A stretch of 64,000 bases of DNA from Felis catus (taxonomy: Eukaryota): assembly GCF_018350175.1 (NCBI RefSeq), contig NC_058368.1, positions 22,880,001-22,944,000 of the forward strand, written 5' to 3'. Positions 13,307-25,687 of the stretch are shown here, one piece after another. The position numbers and the translations under genes were made by a program. The notes under the pieces are model-generated. The model had not been told where the DNA came from, did no database searches, and was given only the letters and a program-made list of their open reading frames with translations. The first letter of the stretch is position 1. Every line of letters starts with the position of its first letter.

Positions 13307-15804
13307 TGAAATTTGCATCTTAAAATGATTTCTCTAGTTGCTGTCAGAGAAATAGTCTTAAGGAAGTTAGAGATGCAAGGAGATCAACAGAAAGAGTCCA
13401 CAATATCCCCAGAAAGAAAGACCACTTAGAAAATAAAATACCCAATGTACTTTGGTTTATAAAGATTTTATTGAGAGAAACCTGATGAATTTTGAATACA
13501 CTAAAAGAAAGATATCCAAATCTCACCTCATCATCTACTGGCATTATAAACTGCTTAAGTGATTTAAAAGGCTTAAACATCTGGAAGTCATTTAATCTAA
13601 CTCTTAGGTATGGTTTGTTCTAAATTGCCTCTAATTTCTTTAAATTTCCATAGAACAAAAGTTCACTAAGTTTTCCAATAGACTTTTTAGCATTTTATAC
13701 TTATATATTACCTGTTAAACTCTCTGGTATCGAAACAAAGAAAGGTGTGCTTTTTCCTTATTCTATTCTTGATTTATTAAATCTCAAGATTGTGTAGCAA
13801 AGATGCTAAGACCTTTCCCCATGCAACCATTAAAAATCCAATGATGTTCTTTCTTTCATTAAATTATTGGAAGGAAAAGTAAGTAGTACCTCACTTGATG
13901 TTTCCCTGGGTAAACAACATTGTTTGAATCTACAGTTTAATGAAAAAATTGTATTGTGATACAGAATCAAAAAATTATTAAAGTTTTCTCTCTTGATCTG
14001 GGTGTTGGCAACATGGGTGTGTTCAATTTGTGAAAAATTCATCAAACTATAAACTTGTTATATATACTTTTCTGCATATATATTATACTTCAATTTAAAA
14101 AAAAACAATCTGCGAAAGCTGAGATATATCTATGGTATGTACCTTCTCTAAAATGTCAATTATTCTCATGGGAAAAATTCACAGTATTCTATTTGTGTAG
14201 TGTGACTTATCTTCACAGTTACCCTATTCCCTTATCAAAAAGGTAAACATTTTAGAAGTAAAATATGTGACATATTAAATATTAAATATTTGACATATTA
14301 AAAATATATGACAATAAAAATCATCTATAACTTCATCCCCTAGCAATACCAACTGCATTTAGAATTTAAATTTAGAGGCTTATGACCTCCATATCATTGT
14401 ATTAATATATGATACCCTTTTCTAGGCTTTGGGCATGTCACTTTTTCTCCAAAATTTCTCAAAAATAAAGGAACATTGTTTAGAATCCTAGACCACCAGT
14501 AACTGAACTAAACAGGCTTGAACACAAGCAATTTATAAACAGTAAATGTCTACTACTTCCTCCATAAGTTTCAGAGCCCATGTCTTTTATCTTCACAATG
14601 TCTACCCCAATGCAAGGCATGTTGCAGACGTGTACTGATGGAAAAAAAAAAAAAACTAATTCTTTAAAAGAAATGACAACAGTCACTTTCATATGATACA
14701 GTAATGTTTTGATTTCAATGTCTAGAAGAAGAGGGCATATCAATCTCTGAAAAGTACTCTTTATTAATTTCTTTACCTATTTATTCATTTTTGCCATTCT
14801 CATTTAATCCCCCAGAAATCCCCTAGATTTCTCCTAACTACTCCGGATCTTATAAAGTGGAAGCTCCTGTATAATGGGGTTACTAAATTCAACTATAGCA
14901 ATGCAACAGCTTTCTATCTACTTGGCTTACTTCTCTCCTGTTCTATCTACTCTGTCCCTACAGCAATGCAAGAAAACACTAAGACATAAGTTATCTCTTA
15001 GCCATTAAACTTTTAAAACATCAAAAAATTTAAACTAAGGCTTACATGTATAGATTAGAATTCTAGTGTAACTAAAATCAAAGTTTTCATTGCCATTTCT
15101 ATATACTAGCATAAATGAAAAGTTACATGCTTAGCATGGAACAAACTTTCAAAAGAAACCAACCCCATATTAATCTACAAATCTGGTGAGTCACAAAGTA
15201 TTACCCAACTATGGAGATTTAAAAAGCATAACACAGAAGAAATTCAAATAAGTATCTTACTATTGCCATCTTTATGAAACAAAGGCCTTATCAATAGCTT
15301 ATATGCTATAAATAAAATACCTAGAGAATATCATTTGTGCTCCTACAATGCTATAAACAATAACTGTAATCAAACAATATTATAGGGTTTTGGACTATCT
15401 TTAATGATAGAACAAAAAAAATCCAAATAAATTCAACCAGAAAACTATACTTTTAAATCATTTAAATAGCATAATTTTAATTTTTACCTTTTTTTAGAAT
15501 TTAAGAGCATTTAAATTTTCAAATATGCCATCTCTAAATATACTGCTCAAATACTTTATTCTGCTTTGCTTTAAAGTACCATGTTTTAATTAAAGCTATT
15601 CCTAAATAAATCATTGTAGCGGATGGTCTAGGGAGCCCAAGTAAAAGAGAAAACTCCATGCTAATATTCCACTTGATTCTTGGGATATACACTGAATTAC
15701 AGTGTTCATTAAACTGCATTTGCTCTTGAGGTAAATTTTAACAAATAGTTCTAACAGATAACTGTTATCAATTTGCATATTAATATTTTTAATTGTTTTA
15801 GCTA

Positions 15805-16035
<231 letters not shown>

Positions 16036-16154
16036 TTAGGTATGAAATGTTAAGTCTTGAATTATGTATTTTTAGCTTGGAAGGTTTTACCAAACAAAAA
16101 CTTAAAACACAGCAGAAAAGCTACACAAAAATTTCTATTTAGAACAGATTTGTT

Positions 16155-16267
16155 TTTCATTTTGTTTAATTTATTTTAAGTAGCCTCCATGCCCAACATG
16201 GGGCTTGATTTCACAACCATGAAATTGAGAGCTGTGTGCTGTACAGATTCAGCCAGTCAGGTGCTCC
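16155..16267 (-). mobile_element. Short carnivore SINE (head-only type)
   Basis: T-rich tail, aagtagcctccatgcccaacatggggcttga...agccagtcaggtgctcc. Confidence 0.75.
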
Positions 16268-17123
16268 TAGAGCAAAACTTTTATTGTGGAGTCCAAGGAC
16301 CCAAAAGAAATAGGCTTCTAAATTTTGAGTGTATGTCCACACGTTTTTCCTAAATAGAGGGCTTATGCTTCTATCAGATTTTCAAAGATTTAAATACCCT
16401 ACCCTTATATCAGGAACAAGTATAATATCTAACCAGCAATGCATTAGCATATCCATTTTAACAACCTCAATAATCCCTGATGTTGGGAGGGAAGGATTCT
16501 TTAAAATTTTGCTAATTTGGTTAGAAAACAGCAACTCTTTTAAATGTGTATTTTCTGGTTATTAATGAGGATTCAGTTTTCCACATATGTTTAGCAGTTT
16601 TAAGTTTCTCTTTTATTGTGTATTTGTATCCTAGGTAAATTTTCTTTTGTTTTCACAAACAAGACTTCTTAATATCTACAATATTATTTGCAAAACAATA
16701 CATGTCTAAAATTGTATCGTTTAAAAAACACCATCAGTGGCTTCTGTTCTGTTTATCTGGTGAACCATAGCTCCAATCTTTGGTCTCATTGCCATAAAGC
16801 CTATAGCAGTGTTTCCGTATAGGGAAATGCTACTTTTGTACTCCTTGGAAATTCACAATCTCCTGTCTTGAAAGGAATTTCAAAGGTTCATTTCCTAGAT
16901 TCAGGATAGCCCAGAATAAGAGCCTAATGAAATACTATTCCCAAGATGACCTGAAATAATTAAGATAATAACACATTTAAATGATTTATGGTGACTACTT
17001 ATATTCTTCAGTATATACTGATCTAACATATGCATATCATCCCCTTAACTCCACTCCCCCCCCCAAAAAACACACCACACCTTAGGTAAGTTTTTTAAAC
17101 TTTAAACTGAACTAAAATGTTTA

Positions 17124-17360
<237 letters not shown>

Positions 17361-17419
17361 TTAATGTCTTTTTTATGTCAGCATTAAATTTTCTTTCCAT
17401 TATGTTCTTTTTAACTTAC

Positions 17420-17476
17420 TGATTTAAGCATAGATTCCATTACTCGGTAATATAATCGGACTCCAAGTTTGTATCT
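17420..17476 (-). CDS. RB1: RB1 exon 14 (RYKLGVRLYYRVMESMLKS)
   Basis: 57 bp; tttctag acceptor, GTAAGT donor. Confidence 0.97.
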
Positions 17477-17717
17477 CTAGAAAGAAAAAAAATTAGATTC
17501 CACTACTTTAAAAATCATAATTATTAATTTTAAAGAAGTTTTCTCTTGAAACATATTTCTGATACTTCTTAGGAAACCGAATACCAAGAGACCACAAAAA
17601 CTAGCTTATCTAAAACTTAAGACTTCAGTATAAAATGTTTAAATTCCCAATAAATTATCAAGAGGGAAGGTCCAGTACTTGGTTTTCCTTCATTTCCACT
17701 TCAGTCCATATCAGTTG

Positions 17718-17718
<1 letters not shown>

Positions 17719-17754
<36 letters not shown>
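17719..17754. repeat. (CA)n microsatellite, intron 13
   Basis: Perfect dinucleotide run. Confidence 0.97.
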
Positions 17755-17757
<3 letters not shown>

Positions 17758-18697
17758 TATACATGGTGCTAGGGTTAACTCTTTTATATACTAATGTAAT
17801 GCTTCTTGTGGCCTCGGTTACGTATTTTCACATTAGCTCTCCAGGACTGAGAATAGTCTGTCCATAAAACTGAAAAGGCAATCATCTGACCCAATTGATG
17901 TTACCCGTAAAAAGTTTTAACCAAATAAATAGTTCCTATTAGTTCAAAGAATAACAAAATTTTAGATATACACACACAAACCATATTCCTTCATTCAAAT
18001 TATAAGCATAAATTTCATATATAACCAAAAAAACTTATAAATACAATTATTTAAAACACTATTAGCATCCAAATATAACCTCACTACGCTGAAATAAATG
18101 TATACAGATTATAGTTTTCAAACATATTTTTGTTACCTCACTATTTCCACACAATGAAGCAGAGCAAATACAGAAACCTAAATCTCAAAGAAGTTTAATG
18201 GCAGTTCATAAATGGCAGAACCAGATATAAACCCAGGGTTCTGATTCAGAGCCCATATCTTTACCCAATGTACTGGTTTTAGATATTCTGAAATAATAAT
18301 AGTAGTAAAATGGTATCACTACCACCGATAAATAGCAGGTATAATATGATCCCATTCAGAGAAGTATATGCATTCACGAATATTCATATATGTATAAGCC
18401 AAAGACTATACACCAAAAATTTAATAGTATCAAAGATTTTAATTTTTTCTACTGATTTTTTAAAAAATTTCTACAATTTGTCTAAAAACTTCTACATGTT
18501 TACTTTTACTTTCTGTAATAGTGTAAGGGGCATTTTCTTATAAAATTTTCCATAAGCAGCAGCATACACAGGCAGGTAAGATACAGAATCTACCAATATA
18601 AGACAAATATTATTGTAATATTTTCACAATTTGGAAAGACATTATATTTGAAATTATTTCTATTATACTGACACCAATCGAAATGAACTCAAGTTAC

Positions 18698-18814
18698 CTG
18701 TGATCCAATTTCCATACATCCCTGTCCCACAGCTTTAGCAAATTTCTCTTTAAAGATGCATCCAATATCCTTCACCCTTTTCAGGATACTTTCCTTTGGA
18801 TTCACTGTGCAGTT
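18698..18814 (-). CDS. RB1: RB1 exon 13 ([39 protein letters not shown])
   Basis: 117 bp; ctttaaag acceptor, GTAACT donor. Confidence 0.97.
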
Positions 18815-19110
18815 CTTTAAAGAGGAAAAACTTAAGTCAATGTTGAGGATACTATTCAATCATAATTAACATGTCTGTCCTATGATATACAACTTTTCAC
18901 TTTTTGATTATTTACACTATGGAAATGCTTCCATAAAAACTAGGTAAACACAACTACTGAAAATAAAAGGAGCATAAAGAATTTCATTTTAGGATGTTAG
19001 TAACCAAAAAACACTAAAGCACAAATAAAAAACCCTACTATCTAAATTTTCTGCTGCTATGTTAAAGAAGAGATTTGGTAGCCCCTCCATCCATCAAAAA
19101 AGAGCCTCAA

Positions 19111-21880
19111 AGACATTACAAACTGATACCATGAAAATACAAAGGATCATAAGTGACTACTAAGAACAATTATACACCAACAACTGGAAAACCTAAAAGA
19201 AAAAGAAAACTTCTTAGAAACATACAAACTACCAAATCTGAACCATGAAGAAACATAAAACCTGATCAATCAAGAAACAAAAGTAATAATCAAGAAACAG
19301 AAGTCAAGATCCAGACAGCTTCACAGGTGAATTTTATCAAACGTCCAAAAAGGAATTAATACCAAAACTTCTCACACCCTTCCAAAAAATAGAAGAAATA
19401 ACACTTCCAAACACATTTTACAAGGCCAGCATTACCCTGACACCAAAACCAGACAAGGATACCACATGAAAACAAAATTATAGGCCAATATCCCTGATGA
19501 ATGTAAATGCAAAAATCCACACAGAACAAACGATTAGGAAGCCAAATTAAACAATATGTTAAAGGATCATATACCACAATCAAGTGATATTTATTCCAGA
19601 GATGCTAGGATGGCTCCACATTCACAAATCAATCGATATGATACATTAACACAATGAAGGATAAAAATCATACAATCTCAATAGATGCAGAAAATTCTTG
19701 ACAAAATTCAACATCCATTTACAATAAAAACTCTCAACAAAGCAAGTAGAGAGAGAACATACTTCAAAATAATAAAAGCCATTTATGACAAGCCCACAGC
19801 TAACATCATATTCAGTGATGAAAAGCTGACAGATTTTCCTGTAAGATCAGAAACAAAGACGCGCACTCTCCTCCCACTTTTATTCAACATAGTATTGAAA
19901 GTCTTAGCCAGAGCAAATTGGCAAGAAAAAGAAATAACAGGCATCCAAACTGGAAAAGAAGTAAAACTGTGTCTATTGATACATGACACATTATATATAA
20001 AAAACCCTAAAGACTCCATCAAATCATTGTTAGAATAAACAAATTTAGTAAAGTTGCAGGATACAAAATCAATGGACAGAAATCAGGTGTGTTTCTATGC
20101 ACTAATAATGTACTACCAGAAAGAGAAATTAATAAAAAATCCCATTTACAATTGCATCAAAAAGAATAAATTACCTAGAAAAGAAACTGAAGAAGACAAA
20201 AATAAATGCAAAGATATCCCATGTTCATGGGCTGGAAGGATTAATATTGTTAAAATGTCCATACTACCCAAAGCAATCTACAGATTCAATGCAATCCCTA
20301 TCAAAATTCCAATGGCTTTTCCACAGAAATAAGTGATCCAAAAGTTTGTACCCATCAACAAAAGATTAAAGTAATCTTGAGAAAGAACAAAGAACAAATC
20401 ACACTACCTGATTTCAAACTGTATTACAAAGCTATAGTAATCAAAACAGTACATCATTAGCACAAAACAGACATGCAGAGCAGTGGAACAGAATAGAGCC
20501 CAGAAATAAACTCATGCATACAATTAATCTGTGACAAAGGAAGCAAAAATATACAATGGGGAAAAAACGGTCTCTTCAATAAACAATGCTGGGGAAACTA
20601 GACAGCCACAGGAAAAAGAATAAAACTTGCCAACAATACAAAAAATTAACTCGAAGTGGATTAAAGACCTAAATATAAGACACGATACCATAAAACTCCT
20701 AGAAGAAAACATAGGAGATAAACTCCTTGACATTAGTCCACAAAACAAAAAGGAAACCAATCTACTGAATGAGAGAAATATTGGCAAATCATATATTTAG
20801 CAAGGGGTTAATATTCAAAATATATAAATAACTCATACAAGTCAACAAATAGTCTGATTTTTTAAAAAAGGCAGACCTGAATAGACACTCTTCCAAAGAA
20901 GACATACAGATAGCCAATCAACACATGAAAAGAAGTTCAACATCACTAATCATCATGGAAGGGCAAATCAAAACCACAATGAGATATCACCTTATACCGG
21001 TCAGAATGGCTACAATTATAAAGACCAGAAATAACAAACAATGACAAGGATGTGGAGAAAAGGGAGCCCCATGTACTGTGGGAATGTAAATTGGTACAGC
21101 TACCATGGAAAAGAGTATGGAAGTTCCTCAGAAAATTAAAAATAGAACCATTATATGATCTAGCAATTCCACTTCTGGTATTTATCTGAAGGAAACAAAA
21201 ACACTAACTCAAAAAGATCTGTATCCCATCTTCACTGCAGCATTATTTACAGTAGAAAAGACATGGAAACAACCTAATTGTCCATGACTGAATAATGGAT
21301 AATATATATATGTATGTATGTATGCACGTGTATAAAATGGAATGTTATCCATCCACAAAAAATGAAATCTTCCATCTGTGACATGTATGGAACTTGAGGG
21401 TATTATGCCAAGTGAAATAAGTCAGACTGAGAAAGACAAATACTGCAAGAACTCATTTATATGTGGACTCTGAAAAAAAAAAAAAGACAAACACAAAAAA
21501 TCAAGCTAGATACAAAAAACAAATTGGTATTGCCTGAGTAGGGGTTGGAGGTGGGCAAAATGGGTGAAAGCTATAAGAAGTTACAAACCTTCAGTTATAA
21601 AATAAATAAAATAAGTCATGAGGATGTAATATACAGCATGGTGACTATAGATAATAATACTGTAATGTATAATTGGAAAGTTGCTAAGAGAATAAATCTT
21701 AAAAGTCCTTATCACAAGAAAACAAAAATTTCTAATTTTTTTCTAATTTCTAATGTATGATGACATGGGAACCAGACTTACTGTGATCATTTTGCAATAT
21801 ATACAAATATTTAATCATTATGTTACATATTTGAAACAAAATGTTATATATATATCAATCATACTCCAACAAAAGTAAAC
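19111..21880 (+). mobile_element. Older L1 (L1MA9/L1_Carn-like), 5'-truncated ORF2 plus 3'UTR
   Basis: Decayed RT-region ORF fragments (19685-20038, 20054-20332); 3'UTR cagttataaaataaa...gcatggtgactatag...aaagttgctaagaga. Confidence 0.88.
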
Positions 21881-22189
21881 TAAAAATGAAACAATTATAA
21901 TATGATTACTAAAATAAAAAGAATCTCATGTACTCTCATATTTATGAGAGTTAATTTCAATTAAGAGTTATTTTCAATTAAGAGTTAAATTGGGGTGTAT
22001 ATTACCCTAAAAATACAAATAATAAAATTAAAACTATGATTTGAGTTTGGTATCATATCTTAATTATAAACTGTGCTAACAGTTAAGTATTATTAAATCA
22101 TTTCACTACCTTTTCAAAACACATAATAGAGAAATGGTTACAAAAGAAGTTTCAATACATACATCATATGGGGTGGGGCTCTATTTAGT

Positions 22190-22375
22190 AATTAAAATTT
22201 ATCACAAGATGATTACTAAAATGCATATCATGTAATTCATATTGTAATCTATTAAAACACAGATTTTAGATAAATTAAAATTTATCTAAATTTATCACAT
22301 AGATAAATTAAAATTTATCACAAGATGATTACTAAAATGCATATCATGTAATTCATATCGTAATCTATTAAAACA
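22190..22375. repeat. 70-bp direct duplication with a palindromic spacer
   Basis: 22190-22259 equals 22306-22375 with 1 mismatch; 12-bp inverted repeat 22265-22276 / 22279-22290 in the spacer. Confidence 0.92.
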
Positions 22376-22482
22376 TACCAAAAACTTGATTCCCTTCAGC
22401 TATAACCAAAGAGTGACTATATTCTTACAATCTTTATGGGTCAAATACATTCAAAATACTATAAATTAGAAAATAAACTTTT

Positions 22483-23811
22483 GGCCTCAGCAATCACACA
22501 ACAAAAAGAAATAAAAGGCATCCAAAGGGGCAAGGAAGAAGTCAAACTTTCACTATTTGCAGATGACATGATACTCTATGTAGAAAACCTGAAAGATTCT
22601 GCCAAAAAATTACCAGAATACACAAATTCAGCAAAGTAGCAGGAAATAAAATCAATATGTAGAAATCTGTTGCATTTTTATACAGCAATAACGAAGCAGC
22701 AGAAAAAGAAATCAAGGAATCAATCCCATTTGCAACTGCACCAAAAACAGTAAGATTCCTAGGAATAAACCTAACTAAAGAGGTGAAAGATCTATACTCC
22801 GAAAACCATAGAACACTTATGAAAGAAACAGAAGATGACACAAAGAAGTGGAAAAGCATTCCATGCTCATGGATTAGAACGAACATTGTTAAAATGTCTA
22901 TACTACAGAAACCAATCTACACATTTAACGCAATCCCTATAAAAATACCACCAGAGGGGCGCCTGGGTGGCTCAGTCAGTTAAGTGTCCAACTTCAGCTC
23001 AGGTCATGATCTCACACTCCGTGAGTTCAAGCCCCGCATCGGGCTCTGTGCTGACAGCTTAGAGCCTGGAGCCTGCTTCAGGTTCTGTGTCTCCCCCTCT
23101 CTCTCTGCCCCTCCCCTGTTCATGCTCTGTCTCTGTCTCAAAAGTAAAACTAAAAACATTTTAAAAAAAAATTAAAAAAAAAATACCACCAGAATTTTTC
23201 ACAAAGCTAGAACAAACAACGCTAAAATTTTTATGGAGCCACAAAAGACCCCAAATAGCCAAAGCAATGTTGAAAAAGAAAACCAAAGCAGGAGGCATCA
23301 CAATCCCAGACTTCAAGCTGTATTACAAAGCTGTAATCATCAAGACAGTATGGCACTGGCACAAAAACAGACACATAGATTAATGGAACAGAATAGAGAA
23401 CCCAGAAATGGATCCACAACTATACAGTCAATTAATCTTCAACAAAGCAGGAAAGACTATCCAATGGGGAAAAACACAGTCTCTTCAACAAATGGTGTTC
23501 AGAAAACTGGATGGGAACATGCAGAAGAATGAAACTGGACCACTTTCTTACACAAAAATTCAAAACGGATGAAAGACCTAAATGTGATACAGGAAACCAT
23601 CAAAATCCTAGAGAACCTCTTGGGAACTATTGGGACCGAAAAAAAAGCTTCTGCACAGCAAAGGAAACAATCAACAAAACTAAAAGGCAGCCTACAGAAT
23701 GGGACAAGATATCTGCAATGACATTATCTGATAAAGGGTTAGTAACCAACATTTACAAAGAACTTATCAAACTCAGCACCCAAAAAACCACCTAGTTAAG
23801 AAATGGGCAGA
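22483..23811 (+). mobile_element. Host L1, left part: 5'-truncated carnivore L1 ORF2, split by the full-length L1
   Basis: [11 protein letters not shown] motif in ORF 22436-22639; sequence resumes colinearly at 30000 after the duplicated aagaaatgggcaga. Confidence 0.92.
22956..23178 (+). mobile_element. Felid SINE inserted in host L1
   Basis: Perfect 15-bp TSD aaaaataccaccaga at 22941-22955 and 23179-23193. Confidence 0.95.
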
Positions 23812-24742
23812 TATAGTAAGCGGCAAGATGGCAGCTTAGGAGGACGCTGGGCTCACCGCGCGTCCTGCTGATCACTTAGATTCCACCTACACCTGCCTAA
23901 ATAACCCAGAAAACCGCCAGAGGATTAGCAGAACGGAGTCGCTGGAGCCAAACGCAGACGAGAGGCCCACGGAAGAGGGTAGGAAGGGCGGCGAGGCGGT
24001 GCGCGCTCCACGGACTGGCGGGAGGGAGCTGGGGCGGAGGGGCGGCTCGCCGGCCAAGCAGAGACCCCGAGTCTGGCTTGCAAAAGCGGAGGGGCCTGAC
24101 GGACTGTGTTCCCACAACAAGCGCGACTTAGCGTCTGGGAGGTCATAAGTTAACAGCTCTGCTCGGAAAGCGGGAAGGCTGGAGGACAAAGGGAGGGAGA
24201 GCTGCTGAGCCCCCTGACAACAGAGCTCAGTTTGGTGGGGAACAAAGGCGCTCGCCAGCGCCATCTCTCCTGCCCATCCCCCAGCCAAAATCCCAAAGAG
24301 AACCAGTTCCTGCCAGGGAACTTGCTCGCTCCGCGCAAACACCCAACTCTGTGCTTCTGCGGAGCCAAACCTCCGGCAGCGGATCTGACTCCCTCCCACT
24401 GCCACAGGGCCCCTCCTGAAGAGGATCACCTAAGGAGAAGCGATCTAAGCCTGCCCCTCCTGCCCCTGTGCACCTTGCCTACCCACCCCAGCTAATACGC
24501 CAGATCCCCAGCATCACAAGCCTGGCAGTGTGCAAGTAGCCCAGACGGGCCACACCACCCCACAGTGAATCCCACCCCTAGGAGAGGGGAAGAGAAGGCG
24601 CACACCAGTCTGACTGTGGCCCCAGCGGTGGGCTGGGGGCAGACATCAGGTCTGACTGCGGCCCTGCCCACCAATTCCAGTTATACACCACAACACAGGG
24701 GAAGTGCCCTGCAGGTCCTCACCACGCCAGGGACTATCCAAA
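23812..24742 (+). promoter_or_regulatory. L1 5'UTR / internal Pol II promoter, CpG-island-like; YY1-type motif CAAGATGGC at 23824-23832
   Basis: High GC and many CpGs in an otherwise AT-rich, CpG-poor window; YY1 core near the 5' end as in other mammalian L1s. Confidence 0.8.
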
Positions 24743-25637
24743 ATGACCAAGCGGAAGAATTCCCCTCAGAAGAATCTCCAGGAAATAACAACAGCTAATG
24801 AACTGATCAAAAAGGATTTAAATAATATAACAGAAAGTGAATTTAGAATAATAGTCATAAAATTAATCGCTGGGCTTGAAAACAGTATACAGGACAGCAG
24901 AGAATCTCTTGCTACAGAGATCAAGGGACTAAGGAACAGTCACGAGGAGCTGAAAAACACTTTAAACGAAATGCATAACAAAATGGAAACCACCACAGCT
25001 CGGCTTGAAGAGGCAGAGGAGAGAATAGGTGAACTAGAAGATAAAGTTATGGAAAAAGAGGAAGCTGAGAAAAAGAGAGATAAAAAAAATCCAGGAGTAT
25101 GAGGGGAAAATTAGAGAACTAAGTGATACACTAAAAAGAAATAATATACGTATAATTGGTATCCCAGAGGAGGAAGAGAGAGGGAAAGGTGCTGAAGGGG
25201 TACTTGAAGAAATAATAGCTGAGAACTTCCCTGAACTGGGGAAGGAAAAAGGCATTGAAATCCAAGAGGCACAGAGAACTCCCTTCAGACGTAACTTGAA
25301 TCGATCTTCTGCACGACATATCATAGTGAAACTGGCAAAATACAAGGATAAAGACAAAATTCTGAAAGCAGCAAGGGGTAAACGTGCCCTCACATATAAA
25401 GGGAGACCTATAAGACTCGTGACTGATCTCTCTTTTGAAACTTGGCAGGCCAGAAAGAATTGGCACGAGATTTTCAGGGTGCTAGACAGAAAAAATATGC
25501 AGCCGAGAATCCTTTATCCAGCAAGTCTGTCATTTAGAATAGAAGGAGAGATAAAGGTCTTCCCAAACAAACAAAAACTGAAGGAATTTGTCACCACTAA
25601 ACCAGCCCTACAAGAGATCCTAAGGGGGACCCTGTGA
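24743..25637 (+). pseudogene. L1 ORF1p (about 297 aa if repaired), single +1 frameshift in an A8 run at 25082-25089
   Basis: MTKRKN...coiled coil in one frame; RHIIVKL, ARKNW and YPASLS motifs in the +1 frame; removing one A joins them with no other stop seen. Confidence 0.9.
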
Positions 25638-25687
25638 GACAAAGTCCCAGAGACATCACTACAAGCATAAAACATACAGACATCACA

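Noticed and set aside
21945..21992. Short tandem repeats (aagagttattttcaatt x2; also 6248-6283 and 46970-47025)
   Set aside because: Ordinary AT-rich slippage duplications with no unique spacers; nothing CRISPR-like in this eukaryotic DNA.
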